64,000 nucleotides of DNA from the human T2T-CHM13v2.0 reference genome, Homo sapiens. The stretch lies in the NCBI RefSeq assembly GCF_009914755.1, contig NC_060933.1; one strand, written 5' to 3'. Under the pieces are notes generated by a model. The model worked only from the letters and a program-made list of their open reading frames with translations. It was not told the origin of the DNA and did no database searches. Of this stretch, positions 32,420 to 46,979 are shown piece by piece (positions within the stretch are counted from its first letter, which is position 1; every line of letters begins with the position of its first letter). The translations under genes and the position numbers were made by a program.

Positions 32420-34015
32420 TTATTCTCACCCTATAGTTCCTTAACTTAGTTTCCAGAAGATCACAATTTTCTGGAATTCCTTTTACCTCTTGGGTAATTT
32501 CTTCTCATTCTCTTTTGCAGGTTTCTCTTCATTCACTTAATCTCTGAATATTCAGCTACTCTAGGGGTCAGTCTTTGTATCTCTTCTTTTCTCTTTTCTA
32601 TCTACACTCAATCACTTAGCGATCATATTCCATATCAAGACTTAAATACCATCACTACAGATAACTTCCAATTTTATATCTCTAGCTCAGTTTCTCCGAA
32701 TTTCAAAAGACTGTATCCAAAAGGAAACTCCATCATTCAGGTTTCTCAGGTCAAAAATGTAGGCATCACTTAGATGTTTTTAAATATCATTTCACATTTC
32801 ATTCATTAATAAATACAGTAGGTTCTGACTTCAAAACAGGTCAATAATTCAATCATTTCTCACCAATTCCACTGCTATCCCCCTGAAACAAGTCACCATT
32901 ATCTTTCCTAGAATACTGCATAGTCTTCTATCTGATGCATGAGGTAATTCCAGGCAGGAAATAGATGGCAAATATGACTAATTAAGAAGGATTTAATAAA
33001 GAGACCATTTACAATGTTGTAAGCATATATTAGAAAATCAATAAGGGATTGTGTGGTCCCCAGTGCTGGCACTTTCAAAGAGACGTTGCGTTTTGGACTC
33101 AAAGAGTCATGAGACGGCTGCTGGAAGGGACTGTGGTGCTAGCTGATGGACACACAATCCTCAGGAACCTGGAGGGACAGAGGGAAAAGGTAATAAGGAC
33201 ATAAATTTCACTCTCCTCCCAATCTCCCTTGTGAGTGCCTCTCATTAGTTGAACACAACTGCAAGCTGGAGTTTAAAGAAGCCAATTAGTAGTTAATATA
33301 TATCATACAGGTTGGCCTTCTGAGGCGCAGAGCAGGAAGAAGAGGGAGAGCAAGTGACCTCCTCTGCTGTCCTCCCTTGCTCCTGCCTTGCTCTTTTGTT
33401 AAAATCTATTTTTACCACACAGTCAGAGTCATTTTGTTAAAACGTAAGACAGACTGTGTCAGGTAGCTGCCTAAAAGCTTCCAATGATTTTCTTTCTCTG
33501 TCACAGAACAGTCTAAGTCCTTAAAGTGGCCTACAAGGCCCCGCATCCATGCTTCTGCCACTCTCCTGGCCCCATCTTCTATTACTCTCCCCTCTTACTA
33601 TGCACTTTCCTTGAGTTCCACCAGCCAGACTCCTGCTTTGGGACCTTTATTGTTTTCCTTCCTTCTGCTTGCAATCTGCTCCCCCTGAGTCCCTGCAACT
33701 GGCTTGAGGCTTCACTCACATGTCACGCTCTCCGCGAGGCCTTTCCCATCCATCCTAATGGAACACCTGCCTTCACATCACGCCCTAACTCCTTTTTCTC
33801 CAGAGAAAAATTCTACATTCTGTTCTAGTTCTTCCTTCCATTTTATTTATATTTTATGTTGTATAACTTAAACATATGTTTTATTTGATATTTTGTTTAG
33901 CATACGCTCCATGAGGATGAGGATTGTCTTTCTCTTTGCTTCCCTGTTTCTTCCCCAGTGCCTAGATTAGTGCTAGCACAAGGTAGACCCCATAAATACT
34001 TGTTTAGTGAATGAA
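32420..34015 (+). mobile_element. L2 (split by LTR33 at about 32940-33357)
   Basis: ttcttttctcttttctatctacactc, ttaaataccatcactacagataacttcc, gtggcctacaaggccc, cagtgcctag...aaatacttgtttagtgaatgaa. Confidence 0.8.
32940..33357 (-). mobile_element. LTR33-like ERVL LTR
   Basis: caggcaggaaatagatggca...gatttaataaagagaccatttacaa...aggttggccttctgaggcgcagagcagg. Confidence 0.65.
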
Positions 34016-35348
34016 CAGCACCATAAAAGGATAAGATCTATCCTCTTTCCTCAGTATTTTCCTATGTTAAAATACTTGATATTGTATGAATGCTGCAAGT
34101 TGCTCCATTTTCAACATGCACTGAAACAAACAACCGGTGCATCCTTGCCTCAATCTTGCTCTTTGTGATTGCTAGGTAAGGCAGCATATGTAACACTGCA
34201 GCTTATTGATGGATAATAATCAGATACTTAAGCACAAAGTAGCAGGAGAAGGAAAGCTGGCCCTCACCATATAATTTCAATTAGTAGTCGTGAGATTTGC
34301 AATGTCCTCTGGAAGGAGATTGGCCCTTAGCTATTTAAATTCCATGTGTACAACTAATAGACTAATAGTAAACTGCTGGAGAGTGTATCTGATGTGGGTA
34401 GTGATATATGGAATTAGTGGGAAAATATGTTCCATCACTTCAAACATTATCCTATGCTCTGGGGACTTACACTCTATCAGCAGCAAAATCAAAAACAAGT
34501 TACAGTGCCTGGCATGTTGTTCTGTCTCTCTTTTGCAAGCCAATTTGCCTCCTCTTTGGGAAGATGATCATGGCATTTGTTTATCTTCAGATGCTGTTTT
34601 ATAAATGTTGCTCAAATAAACTCAAGTAATTTCAATTTAGAAATGCAAGTAAGAGTGATGATCACCTAAGCATGGTATTTAGGCTTAAGTAAAAATCCTC
34701 TGCTTTGCATTCCCCATCTGTACAAAACTATTTTAAAATGTAAAGAGAGATTAGATTAGATGTCCTCAAATAATATCAGGGTAGAAGAGTGAAATATTTC
34801 AGCATATAGCATTTCATTTTGAAAATGTTCCTCAGTTTGAAAACATAATTACAATTATAAATAAAATGTGCTCAAATTGTGTGTTGAAAGTAAATTCATG
34901 TTTTAAATATATTTGCTAATTACTACAGCAAACATTGTCATTTAAATGAGACTTCAAACCTCTATAGAAAAAGGCAAATAATATAGTATTCCTTTATCAA
35001 GTAATCAAACACAGTTTCCTAGAAGTAATGAGGTTTGTATACTTGTTTCCAATAAACCCATCTTAATTATTGATTTACTATCGCCTCTCCACCTACTTAT
35101 CAGTGTAATCCACGTCTTTGATCTCTAAATATAACTCCTTAAATCCTGAAAGCAGAGAAATAGAAAACATCTCAAACATTTCTGAACTGCTTAAAGGAAA
35201 TATTCCAGATATAAAACACTAAACGAATCTGGTATGTGATAACAGGAAAATACTCAGGCATTAGTTAAGGTCAAATGACCTATTTGGATATATACACCAA
35301 TTACTTGAGAAATTCTGAAACTAAAGAACTTGTCAACCATTTCAAATT

Positions 35349-35386
35349 CACACACACACACACACACACACAAGCACACACACGCA
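35349..35386 (+). repeat. (CA)n microsatellite
   Basis: (CA)12 plus degenerate tail. Confidence 0.95.
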
Positions 35387-36693
35387 AGAATATATTACAG
35401 AATATAAAAATGTATCCTCATGAAAACTGACTAAATCACAATCTTACTCTGAAATACATGCATAAAAATATTTGTTTTGGTGATCAAAGCATCAAAGTTT
35501 TCTTAGCCAAAATAAATTCAGAATGGATTAACTTTAATCTGGTCAGGATAATAACACTGAATAAATTCTATTTAGAGTCCAAATGTTCATTGGTACTAAA
35601 TCCAGCTTTACTGCCCCTTGTCTTTCCCATTTCCTGGGGTGGCTGTTTAATTGTTAAAACCCTGCCTAAGTTCCCTGCTTACTTCACCTCACTAACTTTC
35701 AGCAGAGAAAATCTACGTAACTTAAAAGGACCTTCCTACTTTCTTTGTTTTCAGCTACTAATTTCTGTTGATCCTTGAGCCATCTTTTAAGTGTTTAAAC
35801 TTAGCAGCTCCAGGCTGAGAATGCCTGTTTTGTACCCTATTTCTACCTCCACTTTTTAGTTGTGTACCTCAGTTTCCCCATCTAACAAATGAGAGCTGCC
35901 ATCAGGTTTCAATGGATCTGACACATAGTTCTTGCTCAATCAATTCAAATACTTGAATGGTGAAGGAACACTCCCTTGAGTCTGAAGTCTTACCCAACAC
36001 CAAGCTTCACTAAGGATTAGTAAAGTAGACCTACAACAAATAGAATTTCTCTCTGGAAGGACCTTGAGCTATCAGTTGCAGCTTCCAAAAAGTTCCTATA
36101 TTGGAATATGTTTTCATTTCAGAGTAAGAGTTGAGCACTACATATCTATGTAGTCAAATCTCAGAGAAAGCGATTTAGTGTTGTGGTTTCCTGGTTTTGA
36201 ACTTGGCTAGTTGCTGAGGTGACTTCTATTCTTGAGTTAACTGAGTCTCATAATAATGTGAAGCCCACCAGCATGTGCCACTATGTGGTCTTCTGGCGCT
36301 GGTGCTCCCCGTTCTTCCTGATATCACACCAGTCGCCCAAGTCTCTGCATTCTTTTTCCTACTCAAGCCTCACACTCAGCACCCATGCGTAATGGCAGAC
36401 ATCTCAGCTTATTGCCACTTGACCCAAGTGGAAAGGGTTGGAAGAGATTTTGACCCACCTGGATGTTCCCACTGTAGTACACCAGCCAATTCCCTGTGGC
36501 ACCTGTGCCAAGTTTCTTCTGCCATTTGCACATTTGGAGCATTCTGGGATTTGCCCTCACATTTGAACCAATCTTCCCCTTGCCACATCTTGACAGTTTT
36601 TTTTCCCCCCTTGTTCAAATAATCTCACAAGTGTTTCATATTCTAGCAATGGAAGAGAAGGAGGCCTTGCCAACTTATTTTATAAAGCATTTA

Positions 36694-37373
<680 letters not shown>

Positions 37374-37415
37374 ATTTATATAAAAGAATTTCCATCCAAT
37401 TAATTGATATATCCA

Positions 37416-37794
37416 TGATATGGTCTGGCTCTGTGTCTCCACTGAAATCTCATCTTGAATTGTAATCCAAATTGTAATCCCCAGATGTTGGAGGAGGGAC
37501 CTCACGGGAGGTGATTAGATCATGGAGGCAGTTCCCTCATGCTGTTCTCATGATCATGAGTGAGTTCTCATGAGAGCTGATGGTTTTATAAGGGGCTTTC
37601 CCCGCTTTTGCACATTCTTCTCCTTCTGGTCATCATGTGAAGAAGGATATTTTTGCTTCCACTTCCACCATGATTCTAAGTTTCCTGAGTTTTGCCAACC
37701 ATGCAGAACTCCATAAGTCAATTAAACCTCTTTTCTTTATAAATTACCCAGTGTTGGGTGTATCCTTATAGCAGCCTGAGAACAAATTAATACA
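37416..37794 (+). mobile_element. THE1C/D-like solo LTR
   Basis: TGATATGG...attaaacctcttttctttataaattacccagt...aattaataca; TSD atcca/gtcca. Confidence 0.93.
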
Positions 37795-38149
37795 GTCCAC
37801 AAAGTTCAGTACCTGAGGAAAAAAAGCAATGTTAAGTATAAACATTGTTGTGAGGTTCTACAAGAAAGAAGACAGGTTGGACTAAAACTATCCTCATGAG
37901 GGATGATACCAGCATTTTTTAAAATTTTAAATCACCTTGATTGTTATAATGAAGCTAAGTTTTAAATATTGGTTATCTTTTAAAGGAGCCTTTTATTTTC
38001 TGTGTATCTTTTCATTGAAATTAGTTTTTTTAAAATTATTGGTTATCTCAGCCTTAGCTCACTTTGAGTAAGTCCTAATTTTATTTTACATAGGTTAAGT
38101 TGAAACCATGTCTAACCAATTTCATTTGTCTCACCAATTCCATTTGTCT

Positions 38150-38800
38150 CATTCTTTAGAAATTACCATTCATTTGATTTTGATATTCATATTCTCATGC
38201 ATCTTTTATATATTTACTACAAATGCAATTTCCATAGATACTGTGAAATATTATTTTATATGTTTTTACACCTTACCTAAAGGTATATTATTTTAAGTAC
38301 AATTTTGCAGCCACATTTTATATTCAAAATTATGTCTGTGATTTTCCTAGTGTCATTTATAGCCAACATTTATTCATTTCCAGTACTGTATAATATTTTA
38401 TTGCATTAACCTTCAAAACTTAATGCTGTGTGATATGGAGGTTGCTTCCAGTTTTGCACTATTGTAAACAATATTGCAATTAACATTTTTGTACAAGACT
38501 CTGAATATAAAATCAAATTTTCTTTAGTGTTATACTAGTTAGTGGGAGTGTATTCATATTTTCAACTTTATTAATTAATGACAAATTGCTTTGCAACGTG
38601 GTAGAAACAACATATCTTCATCCACCTCAGCATTGAATGAGTATTCCTATTTTTCAACAAGCTCATCAACAGTCATTACTGTCAGATTTGGTTTTCTTTC
38701 TATTTTTTCTACTTACTCCTAACCAACAGGTTTGAAATGATATTTCATGGTTTTATAAATCTTGATCATTATTAATCTTGGGGCTCTCTTCTACACTGGA
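38150..38800 (-). mobile_element. Old L1ME remnant
   Basis: ggttgcttccagttttgcactattgtaaacaatattgcaattaacatttttgtaca; caaattgctttgcaacgtgg. Confidence 0.6.
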
Positions 38801-39398
38801 AATTGTAATTGATAATATAATTAATTGATATTTAAAAATTTAATTTTCATGTTCACAGCTGTTTTTATGTTCCACACTTTCTCTGTGTTTAATATTTCTG
38901 CTAGTGAAAAATATTTGAGTGGTACACTGTTAATCGTCACATGTCTAGAAATGTTCCTATTTTAACCTAATTCTTGAATTCCAGTTTATGGGAGTATAGA
39001 AGGACAGGTTAACAGTTTTTAGACATGTTTAATATGCCTCTCCATTTTCTTTTGACATTTATTTTATTGAGAGGTCTGTTCTAAATCTAATTGTCATTTT
39101 TGGTAGATGATCTGATTTTCATGTGTAATAACTTTAAGGTTTTCTTTTTTCTTATCCTTGATATTATTGTCTACTTTTATGTGCCAAGCATTTTTTGAAA
39201 CATATATTTTAATTCATATAAGAAGCCTCTGTACTTGTACAGATATTCTGCAGCTCCAATGATATCCATCTTATTACATTTATTTTTATTTTTCCTGCCT
39301 GTAACTTAAAGGATATCTTCCCCAAGAACGTCGGTCTTTCTTGAATTATGGAAAAGTCTCACTCTATTCCTCTAACATTTTTATTTTTATCAAATTTC

Positions 39399-39633
39399 TA
39401 GCCTGAACAACATAGTGAGACCCCAATCTCTACAAAAAAAAAAATACAAAAATTAGCTGGGCATGGTGATACATGCCTGTAGTCCCAGCTACTCAGGAGG
39501 CTGAGGCAAGGGGATTCTTGAACCCAGGAGGTCGAGGCTGTGGTGAGCTGTGATTGTGCCACTGCACTCCAGCCTGGGTGACAGAATGAGAACCTGTCTC
39601 AAAAAAAAAAAAAAAAAAAGAAAAAAAGAAAAA
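39399..39633 (+). mobile_element. 5'-truncated AluJ
   Basis: agcctgaacaacatagtgagacc...ggaggtcgaggctgtggtgagctgtgattgtgcc plus long A tail. Confidence 0.92.
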
Positions 39634-39920
39634 ATTTATGCCATTATCTAATTTAAGACCGTTAAATAGTAATGCAGTTTCCTAGGAAAGTAACAGTTGC
39701 CATCATTGCTCTCCCATGTCTTTCTTTTCAGAGAAAACCACATTTCCCTCTCCTAGCAGATAATTTCAGTATTTGCCTCCACACCGCTCAATAAAATGCT
39801 CATATTGCTACTTATTTTTTCAGTGTTAAGCATTATCAATATTGACTTATCATTACAGAGAGTGAAAATTTAGCTTTCCTTCCTCTTTCTGCCTTCGTGA
39901 CACACATGCACATAGTCTTT

Positions 39921-40804
39921 TGTGGAAGACACACTCTGATATGGTTTCGCTGTGTCTCCACCCAAATCTCATCTTGAATTGTAACTCCCACAATTCCCAT
40001 GTGTCATGAGGGGAACCCAGTAGTGGGTGATTGAATTATGGTGGTGGCTCTTTCCCACACTGTTCTTGTAGTAGTGAATAAGTCTCACGAGATCTAATGG
40101 TTTCATAAGGGGAAACCTGTTTTGCTTGGCTCTCATTCTCTCTCTTGCCACCGCCATGTGAGATGTGCCTTTCACCTTCTGCCACGATTGTGAGGCCTCC
40201 CCAGCCATGTGGAACTTTAAGTCCAATAAACCTCTTTCTTTTGTAAATTGCACAGTCTCAGTTATGTCTTTATCAACAGTGTGAAAATGGACTAACACCC
40301 TAAAGCAACCCCCTATGAGTTACACTATTACATAATCTCACCCCAAGTGGAAGAAGAACACTTGTGGCTTTCTTCTAGCCCATAGATTATGACAAAGGTG
40401 AAAGATTTTTGCAAAAGTGACTAAGGCCCAAAAAAATGAATTTGGGGAGAATATCTTGGGTAGGCTTGATTTATCATGTGAAATTGTTTACAAGAGGGAA
40501 TGGGGCACTCCCTGAGGTCAAAGATTCTTTCCTAATGACCTTGAAGAAACAAGCCACCGTGAATTCTACAGCCACAAGGAAATGAACTCTTCCAACAACC
40601 TGAGGGAATTTGGAAGTGGGTCTTTCCTCAGATGACCATGCAGCCCAGCCAACACCTTAAATGAAGCTTTGTGAGAATCTAACCAAAGGTTCTTGATAAG
40701 CTGAGCTTGGACTCCTACCCAACGAAAACTGTGAGATAATAAGTGGTGTTATCTTAAGCTGCCAAATTTGTGGTACTTTGTTATAAGCAGTAGAAAACTA
40801 GTAC
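39921..40804 (+). mobile_element. MLT1E-like LTR (split by THE1B)
   Basis: ctacagccacaaggaaatgaactcttccaacaacctgaggga...aactgtgagataataagtggtgttatcttaagctgccaaatttgtggt...gaaaactagtac. Confidence 0.8.
39937..40297 (+). mobile_element. THE1B-like solo LTR
   Basis: TGATATGGTTT...cccaaatctcatcttgaattgtaactccc...caataaacctctttcttttgtaaattgc...gaaaatggactaaca. Confidence 0.95.
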
Positions 40805-42639
40805 CCTTCTCCTTCTCAACCTCCCCAATAGCTACAATTTTTGTCTCATAAATTTTGAGCATTCATATGCTTATGACTGGCACATGCTTTTCACATCAGG
40901 TAACTATGGCTACTTTTCTTTAGCACAGAGGAAGGGACCCCTTTTTTCAATATGTCTTTCTCAGTTGATCTATTTTTCTCTCCTGACATTGAAATATATT
41001 AAATATTCGATTAGTTTCATTATTCTGAGTCCATTCCAGAGTTTTCTGGTTTGAACTCATTTGAATTTTTTACTCTGTTTTCCTAGTACACAGCTTACAT
41101 GCTGTAACCTGTCTTCACAATCATCCTGTGGATTCTCTGACTTCTGTGTTTCAGATGCTGTTTCCTAAGTCACATTTATTCCTCTTTCTTGGTGTACTCC
41201 CTTGTTTGGTGGATTATGTCTTCTAGGAGCTTCATGTCTTTATTTTCCTACTAACACTATTGACATTTTGTTTGGGTATATAATTGTAGTTAAGAGATAA
41301 ATTTCTTTCAGAATGTTGAAGTCATTGTCTAGATAACTTCCAGTGTTGCTATAGGGAAAAACAAAGGTATTCCAATTTGTACTTCTCTGTGTGCAGCCTA
41401 TTTTTTCCTACCTGAAAGTTGGGAAACTTCTCTTAGTCTACAGTATTTGACATTTCAAATGGATGTGCTTTGGATAGTTTATACCAGGATGACTTGCTTT
41501 TGCTTTTGTGTCTATTTATACCTACCTTCTGTTTGTTTTCTCTTTTTATATTTTATTCATTATTGTTATATATTTATACTAAAGGAGGTATATCAAAGCA
41601 TGAACTCTCCACAGCATCTAGACTGAAATAAATTTATTTACAAAGTCAAAAACAAAACACTAAATTAAATACCAGCACATTTAAAGCTTTGAAATATATT
41701 CTTATTATGAGGCAAATGAAACCTAAAAGCATTAAACATTTAAAATCTGAATTTGCACAAAATATTTTCTCACTATACAAAAACCTCTACTTGTCTATTG
41801 AAATATACTCTTACTCAGATTTTCAATTTCTTTAAATCTAAATGAGGAAATTAGACTCTATATTGATAAACTTATTAGGTAAGTTTAAAAATACTTCATG
41901 GAATTTTCCGCTTTAAGAGTTTCAATTAAATTTTTAAAAAATGTCTCTTGAGTGCATGGATAGAGAAAGAGTTTTAATCTTTATGAAAGTACTAAGAATA
42001 GAACAATTTCAGAAAGAACAATAAAAATTTAAATCATGGTCTATATTTGTCAAAGAGAAATTAACAATCCACATGACTTTGCTAAAGAGATTTTTTTAAT
42101 ATCCCAGAATATTATAGTCTATTCTTTCCATTTGTTTCTGGGACGCTAAATACTTGATAATAAGAGACAAAATTCTCATTTAATTGACATCTTAGAAAAA
42201 TAGGACGTTTAATATTCATTCTTCCTCCAAAACAAATAATTATATAAGAGGGTTTTTAAATAGTGTTTTGCTTTTCACAGAGAGCAAAAGTATTTATACA
42301 ATAAGGACATTGTAAAAATAATGTGCAAAAGTGTAATGAGTCCTTTCTGTTATTAATTTGTACTTGTAAAATAATTGTAATAAAATTATGTATGGATTAA
42401 TTATATCAAAGCCATGAGAATGAATGGAAATTCAAGAAATAAAAATAAACAGTTGCTAGAATTCAGAACAATTAACTTTTTCTTTTGAGACATCAAGGAA
42501 TTTGGCTTAGAATGGCTTTAACTATTAAAGTTAACTTTTATTTCTATATCCATAATATTATCCAACTCTGTGACTTTTTCCAAAAACCAATATAAAAGCA
42601 TTTTGCATGTAAAGTAGTAAAGCATATAACATGTACCAT

Positions 42640-43260
42640 TAAGTTTCTATTATTTGGGCCAAGCACTTTTCATCCTCTTTGTTTTAATCCATATTACTCT
42701 GTGGTTTTAAAGAAGAGGAAACTGAGGGTCAGGAAAGTTAAGTGTTGACAAAGACTATCTGATTTGACCAAAATTTTAGTCAGGATCCTCTGACTAGGCT
42801 TCACCAGGCTCAGCCTTGGGCTTTCCTCTCTGTCCTCATGAATCCAGTTTGAGCAGGAATCCTGCTAAGTGGGTTTATTAAAATCTCCTTCCCTCGATAT
42901 CTGACCACACAAGCATAATCCTATCAAGTCAATTTAGCCATAAACCTCTTATCCTTCATGTTACCTCTTAGTGATTTTCCATCCACTGACCACCTCCCTG
43001 CTCCTTGATTATAAATTCTCACTTGTCTTTTTTGGAGTTAGAGTTGGGTCCAATCTCTCTGCCCTACTGCAAGACGTTGTTGGGATGGTCCCTATACCTA
43101 ATGATTTAGTCCTTTAATAACACCTGCCTTGCCATCTTTAGCAAGTATCATAGATAATTTCTCTTCCTTACAGTACATTGTTCAGCTCTGTACAGCTGGT
43201 AAATAGTAGATGTGAATACAGCATAAGTCTAACACCCAAACATCTATATCCTACTCCATC
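42640..43260 (-). mobile_element. MIR split by MER31
   Basis: gggccaagcact...gaagaggaaactgagggtcaggaaagttaagt | ...cagctggtaaatagtag. Confidence 0.65.
42746..43172 (+). mobile_element. MER31-like ERV1 LTR
   Basis: tgacaaagactatctgatttgaccaaaattttagtcagg...aatcctgctaagt...ttagtgattttccatccactgacc...ttaca. Confidence 0.8.
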
Positions 43261-44439
43261 CAACTGTTTTTTCTCAGATATCTTCATAAACTAATTTCAG
43301 TGGATCTATGGTCAACTCTACTGACAAAAGAGATAGCAAGAATAATTGCTTCAGAGTTTCCACATGATTTTCAAGAATATGAAAACTGGCCTATAAAGCA
43401 CAAGCCCGCATCCTCTCCCTTTCCGTCTTGAAGCTCACGGGTAGGCAGGTATCTCATTCAATCATAAAGTAAAGTGGAGTTCCCACAAGGTTTTTGTTTC
43501 TGTAGCAGTCCCAGATCCTGGTTGGTATGATTGTCTGTTACAGGAGGAAAAACCCAGGATAGTTGCTGTAAGAAAGCTTTGGTTTTCCTAAGTTTTGCAT
43601 CTGCCCCTAAAAAGTAAGTGCAGGGCAGCTTAGTATGCCCCAGTAGTGGTCCCATTGATACCTATGTAGTCCTATTGCTATTACCCATCCTTCCCCAACA
43701 CAGCTCCCAGAAAAAGTCTGGTCTCTTCATTCCCAGAAGTCATCAGAACTTTAACTTGGAAAGCAATTGACTTTGTCACCCTAAACTAAGGTCTATTTAT
43801 ATGAAAATTGCAGGCAGTTTTGCATGTTTATTTTTTTCATGCTACTAATTTCCCCACCTTGCAAAGCTAAGTGAAATAGACGCCCTGGAGAGGCAGCAGT
43901 CTGTTTGGTTTTTCTTATCATATGATGACTAACCTTTGCAGAAAAGTTAAAAGTTTTTAAAAATTAAGTATCTATTAACCTAGAAAAAGCACAGAAAAAT
44001 GTGTTCTCCTTTGAAGGCATAAGAGTGAAATGACCCCTTTTCTTATTGTTTAGTAACATGAGTGTGAGCAATGCCGCATAAGGCAGATGACTTTGTCTGC
44101 TCTTCCCTTGTAAATCAATTACAGAGTGGGGAGAGAGCAGTACTTCAGGCTATGCTAATTTGATTCTGCCAACTCCTTCAGCCTTATGTCAAAGTTCAAT
44201 AGCTCTTAGGATCAGAACAATTTCACTCATACAAAATTTAACTTCACTTCTTTTTATGTTTCTTAGTGGAGAAGCTGTTACCTTCAGTAGAATCTCTTTC
44301 TATTTGAAAAAATATTTATTGTTACTTATTTTACTGTTCTCTTCTTTAAGCTGAATGTGCTTAAAATCTTTATTTTAATATGTTACATAGTCAAGAACAC
44401 AATTCAGTAACTTTGAAAACATAAAGATATTCTAAAGCA

Positions 44440-44992
44440 CAAAGGTATATTTAAGATGCCCCCCTAAATATCTCCCATTCCACATGCTCTTCTACGTAAG
44501 CTTGCCAGTCTTTCCATTAAAAAGTGCTATCTATGCCCCCTCCACTTGAATCTGGGAAGGCTTGTGACTGCTTCAATCTATGGAGCACAGAGCAAGAGAC
44601 TGTGTGGCTTCCAAGATCGTGTCATATGATGTGATGCAACTTCTACCTTGTTCCCTGGAATACTCATACTTGGAGCTCTGGGTTACCATGCATATAGTGT
44701 GACTACCTAGAGTGGCCATCTTATGAGGAAATGAAGACACACAGAGAGGTCATATGTAGACTCTCAGGTCCAATCTTCCAGTCATCCCAAATCAAGAACC
44801 AGACACATGAGTGAGTCTTCAGATGACTCCAGCCCCCAAGCCTTCGAGATCCTATGCATCATAGAGCAGAAATAAGCCATCCCCAGTGTACCATGTCCAA
44901 ATTCCTGATTCACAGCAACTGTGAACATAATAAAATAGTCGTTGTTGTACAACACTTAGTTTTGAATTTGTATGTTGTGCAAAAACCAGAAT
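44440..44992 (+). mobile_element. MLT1G/H-like LTR
   Basis: cttgaatctgggaaggcttgtgactgct...cttcagatgactccagcccc...gagcagaaataagccatcccc...aattcctgattcacag. Confidence 0.8.
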
Positions 44993-46289
44993 GCTTTCAC
45001 CTAAACTAACACAACATACTGGCTTTTGTTTGTTTGTTTGCATGCTTGCTTGCTTCTTGGTCTTTTCTATTTCTGCTAAACTTACAGATGAAACAAGAAT
45101 TTGTTCTTCATGTATTTCTATATCCTTTCCTTCCAACTGCCACAATTCTTGGAGAAATCTACCTGACAAAAGAATAAGCTTTAAAATTTCTAGAGCAAAA
45201 AATTATCTCTTCAATTAGTTATGATTTGGTATCAATAGAGTAATCATCAAAATTCTTAAGCATCCCAAGCTCCCAGCTGAAAAAAACGCTTTTTTCCCAT
45301 TCACAGAAAGGTCCAGAATACCATTCCTGTGCAGAGGTTGGATAACATCTGGCATTGTTGAATTCCAAGTCAGGTTTTCACACACTCATCTCATTTCTCA
45401 ATATAAAGATATTTCTTAGTCAACTAAGTTATCTAGATTCCAAACATTTATTTTTAATAGTAAATATCTCATAGAGGGAATTATTAATTTAATATGAATT
45501 TTATTCATTTTTATCATCTCAATACTCAATATCTCAATACTTTGAAGAAAAGGCAGATTGTAAATTTAAAGCAATAAAAAAGTTAGCAAGTGTTATGTTT
45601 TTTAAATTCATTCAGTTTTGTCTGGAATCTCTTCTCACATGATACTGGCTACCATCACAGACTTTGTTTTTGCCATATTAGTGCCAGTTTCACTGAAGTT
45701 TCTCATTTGAACATACCTTTCTTTCACTAGGAGAAACACAATAAAAGATTAGCAACCAAGGAAACCAGTAAGTAATCTGTGAACATATAAGTAAGAGAAT
45801 TAAGATAATTATTCTATACAGTGGCTCAGTATCTTTGTCTTTGCTAAAATTACTAATCAAAAATATTTGCAAGAAGCAAAGTACTTATACTGTATTTAGG
45901 TCTGCACAAAATACTAAAAGGAGAATTTATTACTAACTGTTCAGAGTCACCATACTGTTGTATACATTATAGGGTAAAGAAATGATAATGTCTTCACAGT
46001 GGTGGGAATGTTACATTATTCTGAGTTTGCAATAATACCCAGAGGAATGGCCAGTTTTAATAAAATATGTATAGAAGAAGAAAACCTATTTGATGCATTT
46101 TCAGATTGATGCTTTCTCCATTTTCCGTTCAAAAAACATTTGCTTTTTAAATTAGTAAAATCATATATGTATGTGATACATACATCCTGAACATTATGTT
46201 TATAAAGAATTTGGACTTAATCAAATTGTATTGAAATGGAAATTACTATAATAAGACCTGCAACTATACAGTTATTAAAAATAATAATT

Positions 46290-46480
46290 TATAATAATAA
46301 ATGTGAATATTTATGCTGTTGCATATTTTCAAGGCTTTGTCTTAAATACTTTATGTCTTTTCATACTTGGGGTTCACAAAACTTTCATAATATAGTTATT
46401 ACTATTATCTGTATTGTAAAGGCAATATATTAAGAAAATTAACTCACGAAGCACGTTGTGGAGACCACAGGACAGAAGCC
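46290..46480 (-). mobile_element. MIR remnant
   Basis: caaggctttgtcttaaatactttatg...cacaaaactttcataatatagttattactattatc. Confidence 0.5.
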
Positions 46481-46657
46481 CATTTGTTCTTCTCTGAGTT
46501 AAAGTGCCTGCAATTGCATTTTGGAAACATTCACATAAATGTTAACTATCAGGGTGTATTTTCTGATATTTCTAAAGACTTAGAATCTCAAACGAAAACA
46601 CATAAGCATACAAAAACTATCAGATATATCTATTTTTTTTAATTAAGACATAAGACA

Positions 46658-46979
<322 letters not shown>

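Noticed and set aside
43881-43899. CTCF-like motif cgccctggagaggcagcag
   Set aside because: Spacing does not fit the CCASYAGRKGGCR core.
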